A DNA stretch of 37,005 nt from positions 1 through 37,005 of the IMG/VR virus record IMGVR_UViG_3300029171_000027, one strand, 5' to 3'. The translations under genes and the position numbers were made by a program. The notes below the pieces were generated by a model. It made no database searches. It saw only the letters and a list, made by a program, of their open reading frames with translations, and had not been told where the DNA came from. Shown here piece by piece: positions 26,549 through 34,129 of this stretch. This stretch comes from a virus (taxonomy: Duplodnaviria; Caudoviricetes). Position 1 is the first letter of the stretch. Each line of letters begins with the position of its first letter.

Positions 26549-27028
26549 ATGTTAACATATCCACCAATAATCGTAGTAGCTACCAACCCTGTCTGCAGAT
26601 TATTCTTTCGCTCTACTCCCCATAGACTACGAGATAGAGGCTATATCAGATACTTCGGTATTTGGCTCATACTAGGAGCGATACTCGCTCCGACCTACAC
26701 TAGCGGTTACGAGGCGGTAGCCACCCCACAATGGCAACAACCAAACTTCGGGATAGTATTATCCCCCCCAGAGCCTCTAGATGAGGCTACAGTCGTCTCA
26801 ATCATTGAGAGGGATATTTCCCAAGTCTGGTATTCAGGCGATGAATTAGAGGCCTTTCTGTCGCTAATTCAAGGGGAGTACAAGTCGGAGTACAAGTCGG
26901 AGTACAAGTCAGGTGATAGTGTTATCGACCTAGCGGTCAAGCTATCTAAGAAAAAAGATTATATTCAAAAGTATTATAAGTTGCCCAGTCGGGCTTTGAG
27001 CTATAAAGAAAAAAGAGGGCGATACTAA
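26549..27028 (+). CDS. Membrane-anchored protein with a degenerate lysozyme-like (APF/SLT-type) C-terminus
   Basis: TM at ~aa 33-50; C-terminal YIQKYYKLPSRALSYKEKRGRY; EYKS repeated three times. Confidence 0.5.
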   Translation: MLTYPPIIVVATNPVCRLFFRSTPHRLRDRGYIRYFGIWLILGAILAPTYTSGYEAVATPQWQQPNFGIVLSPPEPLDEATVVSIIERDISQVWYSGDELEAFLSLIQGEYKSEYKSEYKSGDSVIDLAVKLSKKKDYIQKYYKLPSRALSYKEKRGRY

Positions 27029-27029
27029 G

Positions 27030-27227
27030 GTGGCAAAGATAAAGTTCCCTAAGCCACAGAAAGTAGGTCGGATAGACCTTGGAGGCGGTATTGTTATTAC
27101 TGATAATTCTAGACTTAAATCTACTAGTCCCTGTATACCAACTAAGCAAGCGATACAAGCATTAACAGACGCAATGGGTAAGGGTTATTTTGGTGAGGAC
27201 AAAAATGTCCCTACCAAGTATGAATAA
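27030..27227 (+). CDS. Hypothetical small protein
   Basis: GTG start 1 nt after the upstream stop. Confidence 0.5.
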   Translation: MAKIKFPKPQKVGRIDLGGGIVITDNSRLKSTSPCIPTKQAIQALTDAMGKGYFGEDKNVPTKYE

Positions 27228-27565
27228 GAGCATATAGCGACGACTAGATTACATATTCGTCGAATCCGTAATTTACCCTATCAACAATACATGATGTAGT
27301 TCGGAAATTTTTATAATATAGCTAGGTTTCGAACCTGTTAATGCTTTTTAGGTAATACATGAGTAATACATGATGTAAAGGTTACCTAGATACCTGATGG
27401 CGTTATCTAGGTTTAAGGTAGTTTAACCTAGATAAGTATAGACAAACATTTACTACTAATCGGCTCTAAATTAGTAGCAATTAGTAGTTAAGCAGAAGTT
27501 CAGTGACTTAGAGCTAACAGGTTAATACCAGTGGTTTATGCAGGGTAAGCAGAAGTTCAGTCACA

Positions 27566-27701
27566 TAAACAAAACGACGCTTCTGGGTGAAAAAGAAAAC
27601 GTCGTTTAGCGCTGAAAAACCCTCGTCCGTTTCTTGGCTTAGGTGAATAAACTAACCAAGGGACATTCACCTTGGTCGGTTCTAGGGCAAGCCCCACGGA
27701 C
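27566..27701 (-). ncRNA. Candidate sRNA 4 with pseudoknot or alternative pairing and a terminator
   Basis: TGtTATAAT plus 6 nt; closing stem GTCCGT/ACGGAC; ACCAAGG/CCTTGGT; GGTGAAT/ATTCACC; terminator AAACGACG...CGTCGTTTT. Confidence 0.55.
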
Positions 27702-27720
27702 ACTCTGATTATAACAAAAT

Positions 27721-27810
27721 TAGCCCTTTATAAGCTAGACTCTGACGAGTGCAAGGCGTAAGCCTACTTTTACTTATGAAGGACTAATCTGTAGATAAAC
27801 TTCCAGGCAC
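27721..27810 (-). ncRNA. Candidate sRNA 3
   Basis: TATACT at 27820-27815; AGTGC/GCACT closing stem; AGGC-TTAC-GCCT hairpin. Confidence 0.35.
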
Positions 27811-27820
27811 TTTAAGTATA

Positions 27821-27877
27821 AACAAAAAACGGCCCGAGGTAAACCCTAGACCGTTTCTTGTATGCGAGGTTATCGCT
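27821..27877 (-). ncRNA. Candidate sRNA 2 (~55 nt)
   Basis: TATAAT at 27889-27884 plus 6 nt; GCGA/TCGC hairpin; terminator AAACGGTC...GGCCGTTTTTT. Confidence 0.5.
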
Positions 27878-27911
27878 AACTTAATTATACATCATATCCG
27901 CTTAAAAATGA

Positions 27912-27975
27912 CCTCTCCGACTACCCATATCTTTTCAGATATAGCAGAGCCCAGGGGCTCTTGTCATCGGAGAGG
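27912..27975 (-). ncRNA. Three-way-junction RNA element downstream of the tRNA-like RNA
   Basis: CCTCTCCGA/TCGGAGAGG encloses AGAGCC/GGCTCT and ATATCT-GAAA-AGATAT; the GNRA loop is on the - strand. Confidence 0.55.
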
Positions 27976-27988
27976 AACGTTTCGACTT

Positions 27989-28146
27989 TGCTATCGGTCA
28001 GGATTTACACCTGACATGGTAATCAACCTCGTGGACAGACTCTCTACCTGTAGGAGCTCTCACTCTTAAGAAGCCTGAGTTGATGTGTCGCTTCCTACCC
28101 CTGACTGTCGATTGACTCTAGCGTCTACTTATTCCGCCACGATAGC
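27989..28146 (-). ncRNA. tRNA-like RNA (Leu-type D arm; anticodon arm replaced by a long hairpin)
   Basis: Acceptor GCTATCG/CGATAGC plus A; TGGCGGAATAAGTAGACGC D arm; T arm GTCAGG-TGTAAAT-CCTGAC; TATAAT 6 nt upstream. Confidence 0.75.
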
Positions 28147-28214
28147 AACTTTATTATACATCAATCTACGTGGTTTCTACGTGTTTAAGCCACTTTTACT
28201 CACATTTATACACA

Positions 28215-28821
28215 TCATATCCACCTAATTATGGGCTCACCAGCGTAACCCTTTTGCCAGACGAACCACGCATAGGCAGCTGCACTCGATCCTATGCTGG
28301 CGAAATCCCCGTTCATCGCACAAGCCAGTCTAGCGCTAGATACATACACCACCTTGGGCGGATGAACTTCAAAGAAAGATCGCCGTTTCTGTCCCTCGAG
28401 AAAAGTGAGCTTTAGGAATAGACAGACTAAGTGTCCATCCGTTACCGTCTCGATAGCCTTCTCTGCGAATTCTTGAGCGTATTTATACGGGGGGTTGGTG
28501 ATAATATCTCCATCAAAACTATCGGGTTGGTTCACCGTTAGGAAATCAATTAGCTCGCAATCAAACCCCCTATTTATAATATCGGAGTTCTTAACAGATA
28601 GGTGGGGTAGCAACTCCTGCATACGAGCTGTTAAATGCCCCCCCCCCACAGGCGGGCTCCCAGATTGACGCAGACAATTCAGACCCCAACGCCCCGAATA
28701 ACTTATCTATGGCTACTGGTTCAGTGGCGTAGTAGTCGTTAGCCTCTCTATCGTGGGCAGAGTGAGCGCTCGATCCGAGCGTACTAAAGGTGGACTTACT
28801 ATTACCTACCCAATCTTTCAT
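28215..28821 (-). pseudogene. N6-adenine DNA methyltransferase frameshifted at a G10 tract
   Basis: The upstream ORF carries DYYAT and WEPACGGG; the downstream frame carries DIITNPPY. G9 would give a 201-aa protein. Confidence 0.85.
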
Positions 28822-29312
28822 TTCACCCTCTTAGGTGCAAGCTTAACATACCACTTAGCACAGTCTGTGAACCCTCTGAGATAGCGAATATAATCACAGG
28901 TATATTCAACAGTCCCTTGGTAAGCTCCTTGCCTACACATTTCCCCAATCTCTCGCTTGGCAAAGTCCAATGCGTTCCAAGCGTTACCAGTCTCGAGCTG
29001 ACTAGCAGAGAACCAATCAGCAATCATCTCGTAAATGTATCTTTTAGGCATAAGGAAACTTCCTCTATGCCACTGCCAGTATTGCCAGTGGTGTCTTTGG
29101 CTACGAATATGATACTCCGAGAAGTCAGTCGGCTCACCAGTCTCAAACCGATACTTGACACTAGGTAGGTGCAGGAACTTGTCGCTGTCGTGGCAGAGAA
29201 AGATAACTAGAGCCTCCCAACGGTTAATACACCAAGGGAAGTAGCGTCTAGCGTAGTAGGCGACCTGTAACTTATGGACTATTAGGCGGTAGATAACTTG
29301 GGCGTAGCTCAT
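28818..29312 (-). CDS. HD-like domain protein (DUF5662-like)
   Basis: HK...HDSDK...HHWQYW...MP..YIYEMIADW. Confidence 0.7.
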   Translation of the reverse strand: MSYAQVIYRLIVHKLQVAYYARRYFPWCINRWEALVIFLCHDSDKFLHLPSVKYRFETGEPTDFSEYHIRSQRHHWQYWQWHRGSFLMPKRYIYEMIADWFSASQLETGNAWNALDFAKREIGEMCRQGAYQGTVEYTCDYIRYLRGFTDCAKWYVKLAPKRVK

Positions 29313-29449
29313 CGGATACTATCCAGCCAACGGGAAGCAAAGGTAAGCATAAGGATACCCCAGCCTATCCGCCAGTCCACTAGGTATAGGAGAAAGAAGC
29401 CGGTTATTATCAGCAGAAAGGCAAGGATTAGCTGTAAAGTATTGTTCAT
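29309..29449 (-). CDS. 46-aa membrane peptide (not in ORF track)
   Basis: MNNTLQLILAFLLIITGFFLLYLVDWRIGWGILMLTFASRWLDSIR; ATGA overlaps at both ends. Confidence 0.75.
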   Translation of the reverse strand: MNNTLQLILAFLLIITGFFLLYLVDWRIGWGILMLTFASRWLDSIR

Positions 29450-29691
29450 TCTATTACCTTATAATCACGGTCAAAGATATCGCCATCTATTTCTGCTAAA
29501 TGTGCTTGACAGTCAGGGCAAAGGTAGGAATCACCTCTTCCTCTGATGACACTTTCTAGCCGCTCATAGGCGATGTGGCAGGGATAGCACAACCATAACG
29601 CCCTCTCGATATAGTTAGGTAAGAATATATCCCATTCGGTAGGCTTAATTTTATGCGATTGCCCACGCCTTTTCTTAGTAAACTTAATCAT
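29446..29691 (-). CDS. Zn-ribbon protein, paralogue A
   Basis: ALWLCxxCxIAYE...YLCPxC...DYxVIE. Confidence 0.75.
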   Translation of the reverse strand: MIKFTKKRRGQSHKIKPTEWDIFLPNYIERALWLCYPCHIAYERLESVIRGRGDSYLCPDCQAHLAEIDGDIFDRDYKVIE

Positions 29692-29903
29692 TCTATTACC
29701 TCGTAGTCTTCATTGAATTGCTTTCTAGGGCGCCAATCCAGATTCCAATCGCATCTAGGACAAAGATACTTATAGCGACCATCTTTGACAGTGTCGCCTT
29801 CTTCGTAAGCAATATTACAGGTCTCGCATAGCCATAATGCCAAGCCCGCGCTTGGTGGCAAGACGATACCATTCTTTATAGGTTTCGCTTTAAATTTAAA
29901 CAT
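29688..29903 (-). CDS. Zn-ribbon protein, paralogue B
   Basis: Same motifs as the adjacent gene. Confidence 0.75.
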   Translation of the reverse strand: MFKFKAKPIKNGIVLPPSAGLALWLCETCNIAYEEGDTVKDGRYKYLCPRCDWNLDWRPRKQFNEDYEVIE

Positions 29904-29917
29904 TCTATTCTCCTTGA

Positions 29918-30010
29918 TTACATTGATATAACTATCATATGGATTGCTCCGACTATCAGGGCTAACCGCCAGTCGACAACAGCAAGTATTATGTAGGCTA
30001 GAACTATCAT
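29918..30010 (-). CDS. 30-aa membrane peptide (not in ORF track)
   Basis: MIVLAYIILAVVDWRLALIVGAIHMIVISM; AGGAG just upstream. Confidence 0.55.
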   Translation of the reverse strand: MIVLAYIILAVVDWRLALIVGAIHMIVISM

Positions 30011-30019
30011 CACTCCTAA

Positions 30020-30280
30020 TTAACCTGCTCTAAACGACTTTAATATTATAGGCTCCTCTAAGCCTTCCTTGGCCTCTCCGATGTATTCTACTTTTAGATA
30101 TTCAATCGGTGCCCAGTAATTGGCGACATCAGACCTTGCATACTCTGGACTCATAGCCCCTGAACTCACAGCCTCTATACTCATAGCCTTAGCAGCGTCC
30201 TCTGATTCAGCACAAATAATCATACTGTCGTAGGTATCGTAATCATAGTTAACTTCTTGCCATACTTTAAATAGTTTCAT
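30020..30280 (-). CDS. Phage hypothetical protein
   Basis: YDTYDSMII.AESE...VEYIGEA...SFRAG; AGGAG RBS. Confidence 0.75.
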   Translation of the reverse strand: MKLFKVWQEVNYDYDTYDSMIICAESEDAAKAMSIEAVSSGAMSPEYARSDVANYWAPIEYLKVEYIGEAKEGLEEPIILKSFRAG

Positions 30281-30288
30281 TTTAACTC

Positions 30289-30678
30289 CTAATTTATGTC
30301 TTTAAATAAATTGATTAAGTCTTGAGCCGTTGACCATTCGGGAGCGATAAAGCGGATTACTGTTTTTTCTATACCTGTAATCAAAGTAAGAGCAAGGCCT
30401 ATGCCGAATACAGACCCAACTATCATCTGGACTACGTCAAATTCCTCTAAGGTCAGCGTATCTTTCTCAAAGAGGGTGGCTAAGCGTTTTACTATCGCTA
30501 CCAATATACCGAGACAGATTAGCCAAGTTAATAGTTCTGATACCGCTATGGCATAGTTATGCTTGATGGCGATAGTCCAGATTGATTCGATTGGGACTTG
30601 TAGTTTCTCTGCTAATGGCGTTAAGCCATCAACGAGTGCCTGTAACGAGGCCTTGATAGTCTCTGGAACATTATTCAT
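30289..30678 (-). CDS. Membrane protein (2 TM)
   Basis: Two hydrophobic helices; AGGAG RBS. Confidence 0.75.
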   Translation of the reverse strand: MNNVPETIKASLQALVDGLTPLAEKLQVPIESIWTIAIKHNYAIAVSELLTWLICLGILVAIVKRLATLFEKDTLTLEEFDVVQMIVGSVFGIGLALTLITGIEKTVIRFIAPEWSTAQDLINLFKDIN

Positions 30679-30764
30679 TCTTTACTCCTGATTATAAGTA
30701 TTATTACGGCTGTAGCGATTATTATGTGAATTATTACTGTTTCAAGCAGGTCTAAGTCGGTCAT
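30675..30764 (-). CDS. 29-aa membrane peptide (not in ORF track)
   Basis: MTDLDLLETVIIHIIIATAVIILIIRSKE; AGGAG RBS; ATGA overlap. Confidence 0.65.
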   Translation of the reverse strand: MTDLDLLETVIIHIIIATAVIILIIRSKE

Positions 30765-30766
30765 TT

Positions 30767-30829
30767 TCAACTCCTGATTATTTTGATTACGAATATGATT
30801 ACGATTATAAAGATTAGCGTTTCAATCAT
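30767..30829 (-). CDS. 20-aa membrane peptide (not in ORF track)
   Basis: MIETLIFIIVIIFVIKIIRS; AAGGAG RBS. Confidence 0.6.
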   Translation of the reverse strand: MIETLIFIIVIIFVIKIIRS

Positions 30830-30838
30830 TTTGTCTCC

Positions 30839-31237
30839 TTAATTCCCGACTACGAAAGTGTAAATGAATAGTAAGGCAAGTTTAATTAATAAGAACCACC
30901 CAGCACAGAATACAACTAACCCCACCGCACACCCCCCCAGATCTACCGAAATCGAACGGTTATAAGTTACGCTATACACCCCATTACCCAGTGGCAATTC
31001 GCCGTGTCTTGAGCTAACAAACCTAGAAGAAAAGCCTCCAAAGCTGTAAAGGAGTTGACCCTCAAACTCGTAAACCTCAACAGGTAGGAGAGAGCCGACA
31101 ACCTCGTAAGTTTCTTCCTCTGTCTTTAGAATAATCACTGGTTCTTCGTCAAGCACTTTAATAAGTGTTGCTTTTCTTGGCAAATAATCTTCAGGTTCAA
31201 GGATTATATCTCCTAATCTAACTGGCCTAGGTTTCAT
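30839..31237 (-). CDS. Hypothetical protein with C-terminal TM
   Basis: AAGGAG RBS; hydrophobic C-terminus. Confidence 0.7.
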   Translation of the reverse strand: MKPRPVRLGDIILEPEDYLPRKATLIKVLDEEPVIILKTEEETYEVVGSLLPVEVYEFEGQLLYSFGGFSSRFVSSRHGELPLGNGVYSVTYNRSISVDLGGCAVGLVVFCAGWFLLIKLALLFIYTFVVGN

Positions 31238-31246
31238 TCTGACTCC

Positions 31247-31522
31247 TTAGTTTTTTTGTTCTAACTGTTTTAATCGGTCGATAATAGCATAAGTGCTAGA
31301 CTCACTAATTCTCACTAAAAGTTTCGCCATATTCTCGAAGTCGAACATTTGGAACATATACATAAAATTACTGCCGATATTCTCTAGCCCTTTGACCTTT
31401 TCAATTTTTTCGGTGGCATAACCAAATTCGTCATCGTAGGTTTGCCATATCTTGATAGCCTCAGACCTAACATTTTCAAAGATTTCATCAGTTGGTGGCG
31501 TGTCCCATAGTAAGTCGCTCAC
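31247..31522 (-). CDS. Hypothetical protein
   Basis: GTG start after GGGGTGA; fits the operon. Confidence 0.7.
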   Translation of the reverse strand: MSDLLWDTPPTDEIFENVRSEAIKIWQTYDDEFGYATEKIEKVKGLENIGSNFMYMFQMFDFENMAKLLVRISESSTYAIIDRLKQLEQKN

Positions 31523-31525
31523 AAC

Positions 31526-32044
31526 TCACCCCCACACTTCTGTGTGTATTAGTTTTTCGCCATAGCGTTGCCAATCGGCTGTATTGGCGGCTGACCAAAT
31601 AAGTAAGTCGGCGTTTGGATTGGCTGACATGACGGCTGTCTTGGCGGCTGACCATGTGGCTAAGTAGGCGGCTGAATTGGCTGACCCGATTGTCAAATTG
31701 GCTGACCAAATGGCTGTCTTGGCGGCTAAGTAAGCGGCTGACCATGCGGCTTTCCATTTGGCCTCACCACCTCGTTTGCCTGTCTTTATCGCTTTGAGGT
31801 GTAGGTCTAGCACTTCTTGGATAGCCGAGATGACCTGTTCCTGGAGTCTTATATCAATGTCTAGCCCCTTAACTCGCTCTAAGTTCTCTTCTAGTAAATA
31901 GGTTTGAAACTTATACCTGACAGGCTCAAAGTCAACTCCCTCTGGAATAGCTTTGTCTAATCGCTCCTTCCACTCTTTATGGTTCGGTATATTATGCTCA
32001 ATGAATTTAACTAATAAGGCTAGCCACTCTGGTAATACACTCAC
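31526..32044 (-). CDS. Hypothetical protein with Ala-rich WSAA repeats
   Basis: GGAGG RBS; degenerate 12-bp repeats at ~31575-31760. Confidence 0.7.
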   Translation of the reverse strand: MSVLPEWLALLVKFIEHNIPNHKEWKERLDKAIPEGVDFEPVRYKFQTYLLEENLERVKGLDIDIRLQEQVISAIQEVLDLHLKAIKTGKRGGEAKWKAAWSAAYLAAKTAIWSANLTIGSANSAAYLATWSAAKTAVMSANPNADLLIWSAANTADWQRYGEKLIHTEVWG

Positions 32045-32238
32045 AGCTCACCTCCACACTTCTGCGTGTATGCTCCGAACCCGTCTAGGTAGATAGCACA
32101 TTTACCCACTGGCGATGTGTTGGTTCGCTCTATCCGCTCGCTCTCAGCTCTTAGGTTATCTTTGCCCCGTAAGTAAGCTGTAATAGCTACAAAGGCTAGT
32201 ATGATGATTAGTGTAAGTATTGACGCTTTTTCGTTCAT
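32041..32238 (-). CDS. Small N-terminal TM protein
   Basis: Hydrophobic N-terminus; AGGAG RBS. Confidence 0.7.
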   Translation of the reverse strand: MNEKASILTLIIILAFVAITAYLRGKDNLRAESERIERTNTSPVGKCAIYLDGFGAYTQKCGGEL

Positions 32239-32239
32239 T

Positions 32240-32683
32240 TCATTCTCCTAACTCTTTTTTGGTCTTGGCTAATTCCAGTTCGAGTCCTTCAATTCGTGCC
32301 TTCAACTCTTTGTGGTCATCGGTAGGCAAGCCAGTCTCGGTTACATCGCCGTAACAGACTACGCCGCCCTCTAGCTTACCGCAGGTAATAGTCTTCATTT
32401 CGTCTACAATAGTGCGATAAACAGATGTTCCTGCAAATAGCCGATACTTAAACGATAGGGTGCCTTTGCATTTGATTCCCTCACCAGCTTCGATTCCCTC
32501 ACCAGCTTCGATTCCCGAACCAGCTTTAGCGTATATGTAGCCAGCGGCTTTAAGAGACCCACCAAACCTGACACAACCTAGTTTTTCGTCAATCTGAATG
32601 TTGCCCTCGAAGTTGGTTACATCCTCTTTACCAATATAGAGACCGTCTTTAAGGTCTTTGCTAGTGATGTTTAGTGTTTTCAT
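32240..32683 (-). CDS. Hexapeptide (AGEGIE) repeat protein
   Basis: 18-bp tandem repeats at ~32474-32526. Confidence 0.75.
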   Translation of the reverse strand: MKTLNITSKDLKDGLYIGKEDVTNFEGNIQIDEKLGCVRFGGSLKAAGYIYAKAGSGIEAGEGIEAGEGIKCKGTLSFKYRLFAGTSVYRTIVDEMKTITCGKLEGGVVCYGDVTETGLPTDDHKELKARIEGLELELAKTKKELGE

Positions 32684-32684
32684 T

Positions 32685-32828
32685 TTATTCTCCTTTTTCT
32701 AAGTCTGCTAATGTTTCTTCAAGTATCTTTTTGACACGGCCAATAATGTCTTTGGCAAGTGCTAGATTGCTTTTGTCATCGGCCTTTAGTATATCCATTC
32801 CTGCCTCGCAAATAGCTCCGTGAACCAT
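32685..32828 (-). CDS. 47-aa hypothetical protein (not in ORF track)
   Basis: MVHGAICEAGMDILKADD...; TAATG coupling; fills the gap exactly. Confidence 0.6.
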   Translation of the reverse strand: MVHGAICEAGMDILKADDKSNLALAKDIIGRVKKILEETLADLEKGE

Positions 32829-33001
32829 TAAAGGAATCTAATCTCCTCGGCTCTAAAGCCAAACTCAGGTGTCTTAGGCTTCTCTGGGTCATCGACTAGG
32901 AAATAGTGGAAACCGTGGTCTTGCCCGTTAAACTGACTGGTGAGATAAACCGCTCCGTCAGGGACATATTCGTGTTCAGTAAACCAAACTATCTTTTTCA
33001 T
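32828..33001 (-). CDS. Hypothetical protein
   Basis: ATG 33001 overlaps the upstream TAA. Confidence 0.65.
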   Translation of the reverse strand: MKKIVWFTEHEYVPDGAVYLTSQFNGQDHGFHYFLVDDPEKPKTPEFGFRAEEIRFL

Positions 33002-33444
33002 TATGCCCACCCACCAGCTTCGGCTACCACTTCAGCTTCTTTGTGATGTAGTTTGCTCTGCTCAATTAGGTCGGCTAGTAGCTTATCATTGCCTTTGTAA
33101 ACTCTCTTAGAGTGTTCTTTGAGATACGGGTTGGCGTTTCGCTCTCTTTCAGTGATATAAACAACCTCACCATATTCATTCTGGTAAAAGTATTTTCGGC
33201 TGTCTCTCGCATTCTGCGTGGTTTTAGTCCTAGCCTCTTTAACCTCTTGGCTTCGTTCTGGGGTTCGGCGTAAAGCTACCAGCTTAAAGTGGAGCTTGCC
33301 GACTGCGTTAAGTAACTCTTCACCTTGTTCTGCTGTTGGTTTAAATAGGTCAAGATAGCCGCACGCGTGCTTAATCTCTCCTAGTATTGTTTTAAAGGCA
33401 CTATAAGGCAGTTCTTTATAGGGTAGTTTTTTAGTTTTAATCAT
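33001..33444 (-). CDS. Hypothetical protein
   Basis: GAGGAG RBS. Confidence 0.75.
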   Translation of the reverse strand: MIKTKKLPYKELPYSAFKTILGEIKHACGYLDLFKPTAEQGEELLNAVGKLHFKLVALRRTPERSQEVKEARTKTTQNARDSRKYFYQNEYGEVVYITERERNANPYLKEHSKRVYKGNDKLLADLIEQSKLHHKEAEVVAEAGGWA

Positions 33445-33455
33445 TTTATTCTCCT

Positions 33456-33815
33456 CTAAAAAGGTATCGAATCCAGACTTATTTCATCTTCATCGCTGAC
33501 TGGTGCTTGTTCTGTCTGATTGTCAGCTCTCTTTGTTACAACAAGTTCAAAACCTGAAACACTTTGGTCGTGAAAAACTTTGCCTTGGTCTGTAGTTCGA
33601 GTCCTAACGGACACTTGCCCGATAAAGAAGACTTCAGAGCCCTCTCCTGCCTCGTTAAGCGTGTTGGCACATTCCTTAAGAACGACACAGCCAACTGGCA
33701 CTGAGCCGGCTCGCTTGTCCTCGACCATAAGATTAAAGCGACAGTAGGTAGTTCCGTTTTGGCTCTGACCGTAGTTTAGGTCTTTAGCGACTCCAGATAA
33801 GATTACTTGGTTCAT
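33456..33815 (-). CDS. ssb: Single-stranded DNA-binding protein
   Basis: MNQVILSG OB-fold start; acidic tail ending DSIPF. Confidence 0.88.
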   Translation of the reverse strand: MNQVILSGVAKDLNYGQSQNGTTYCRFNLMVEDKRAGSVPVGCVVLKECANTLNEAGEGSEVFFIGQVSVRTRTTDQGKVFHDQSVSGFELVVTKRADNQTEQAPVSDEDEISLDSIPF

Positions 33816-34129
33816 TTCGTCTCCTTTAATAGTTCGGCCATTGATGGATATTCCTTAAGGATTTCTTTGTAATATTCGTCTACCATTGCTTGAGCCACTT
33901 CTCGGAACTTTAGTTGAAATTCCGTGACTCGCTGTATTTCTGCAGTGTCGTTTTTGAATATGTCGGCGTAGATGTCTGGCTGATAATTAACCATTCCTAT
34001 AGTCGCTATACAAAGAGCTTTTAGTCTTTCGGCTGTTGGAAAGATTTTCAATTCTCCTGCTTCATCAAGATTCTTTATTGTAGCCAAAACATACATCATG
34101 TTTTCCTTGAGTCTTTCTGGTTCGTTCAT
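33812..34129 (-). CDS. Hypothetical protein
   Basis: AAGGAG RBS and ATGA coupling. Confidence 0.75.
   Translation of the reverse strand: MNEPERLKENMMYVLATIKNLDEAGELKIFPTAERLKALCIATIGMVNYQPDIYADIFKNDTAEIQRVTEFQLKFREVAQAMVDEYYKEILKEYPSMAELLKETK

Noticed and set aside
27742-27812. Hammerhead ribozyme (CTGACGA core on the + strand)
   Set aside because: No GAAA after a stem II and no suitable stems I/III found.
27989-28146. tmRNA or group I intron-containing tRNA-Leu
   Set aside because: It has a full D stem and no G3:U70 alanine identity pair or tag ORF; the ~100-nt insert is too short for a group I core.
31488-31757. Alternative-frame repeat ORF
   Set aside because: A by-product of the 12-bp repeats in the overlapping 172-aa gene.
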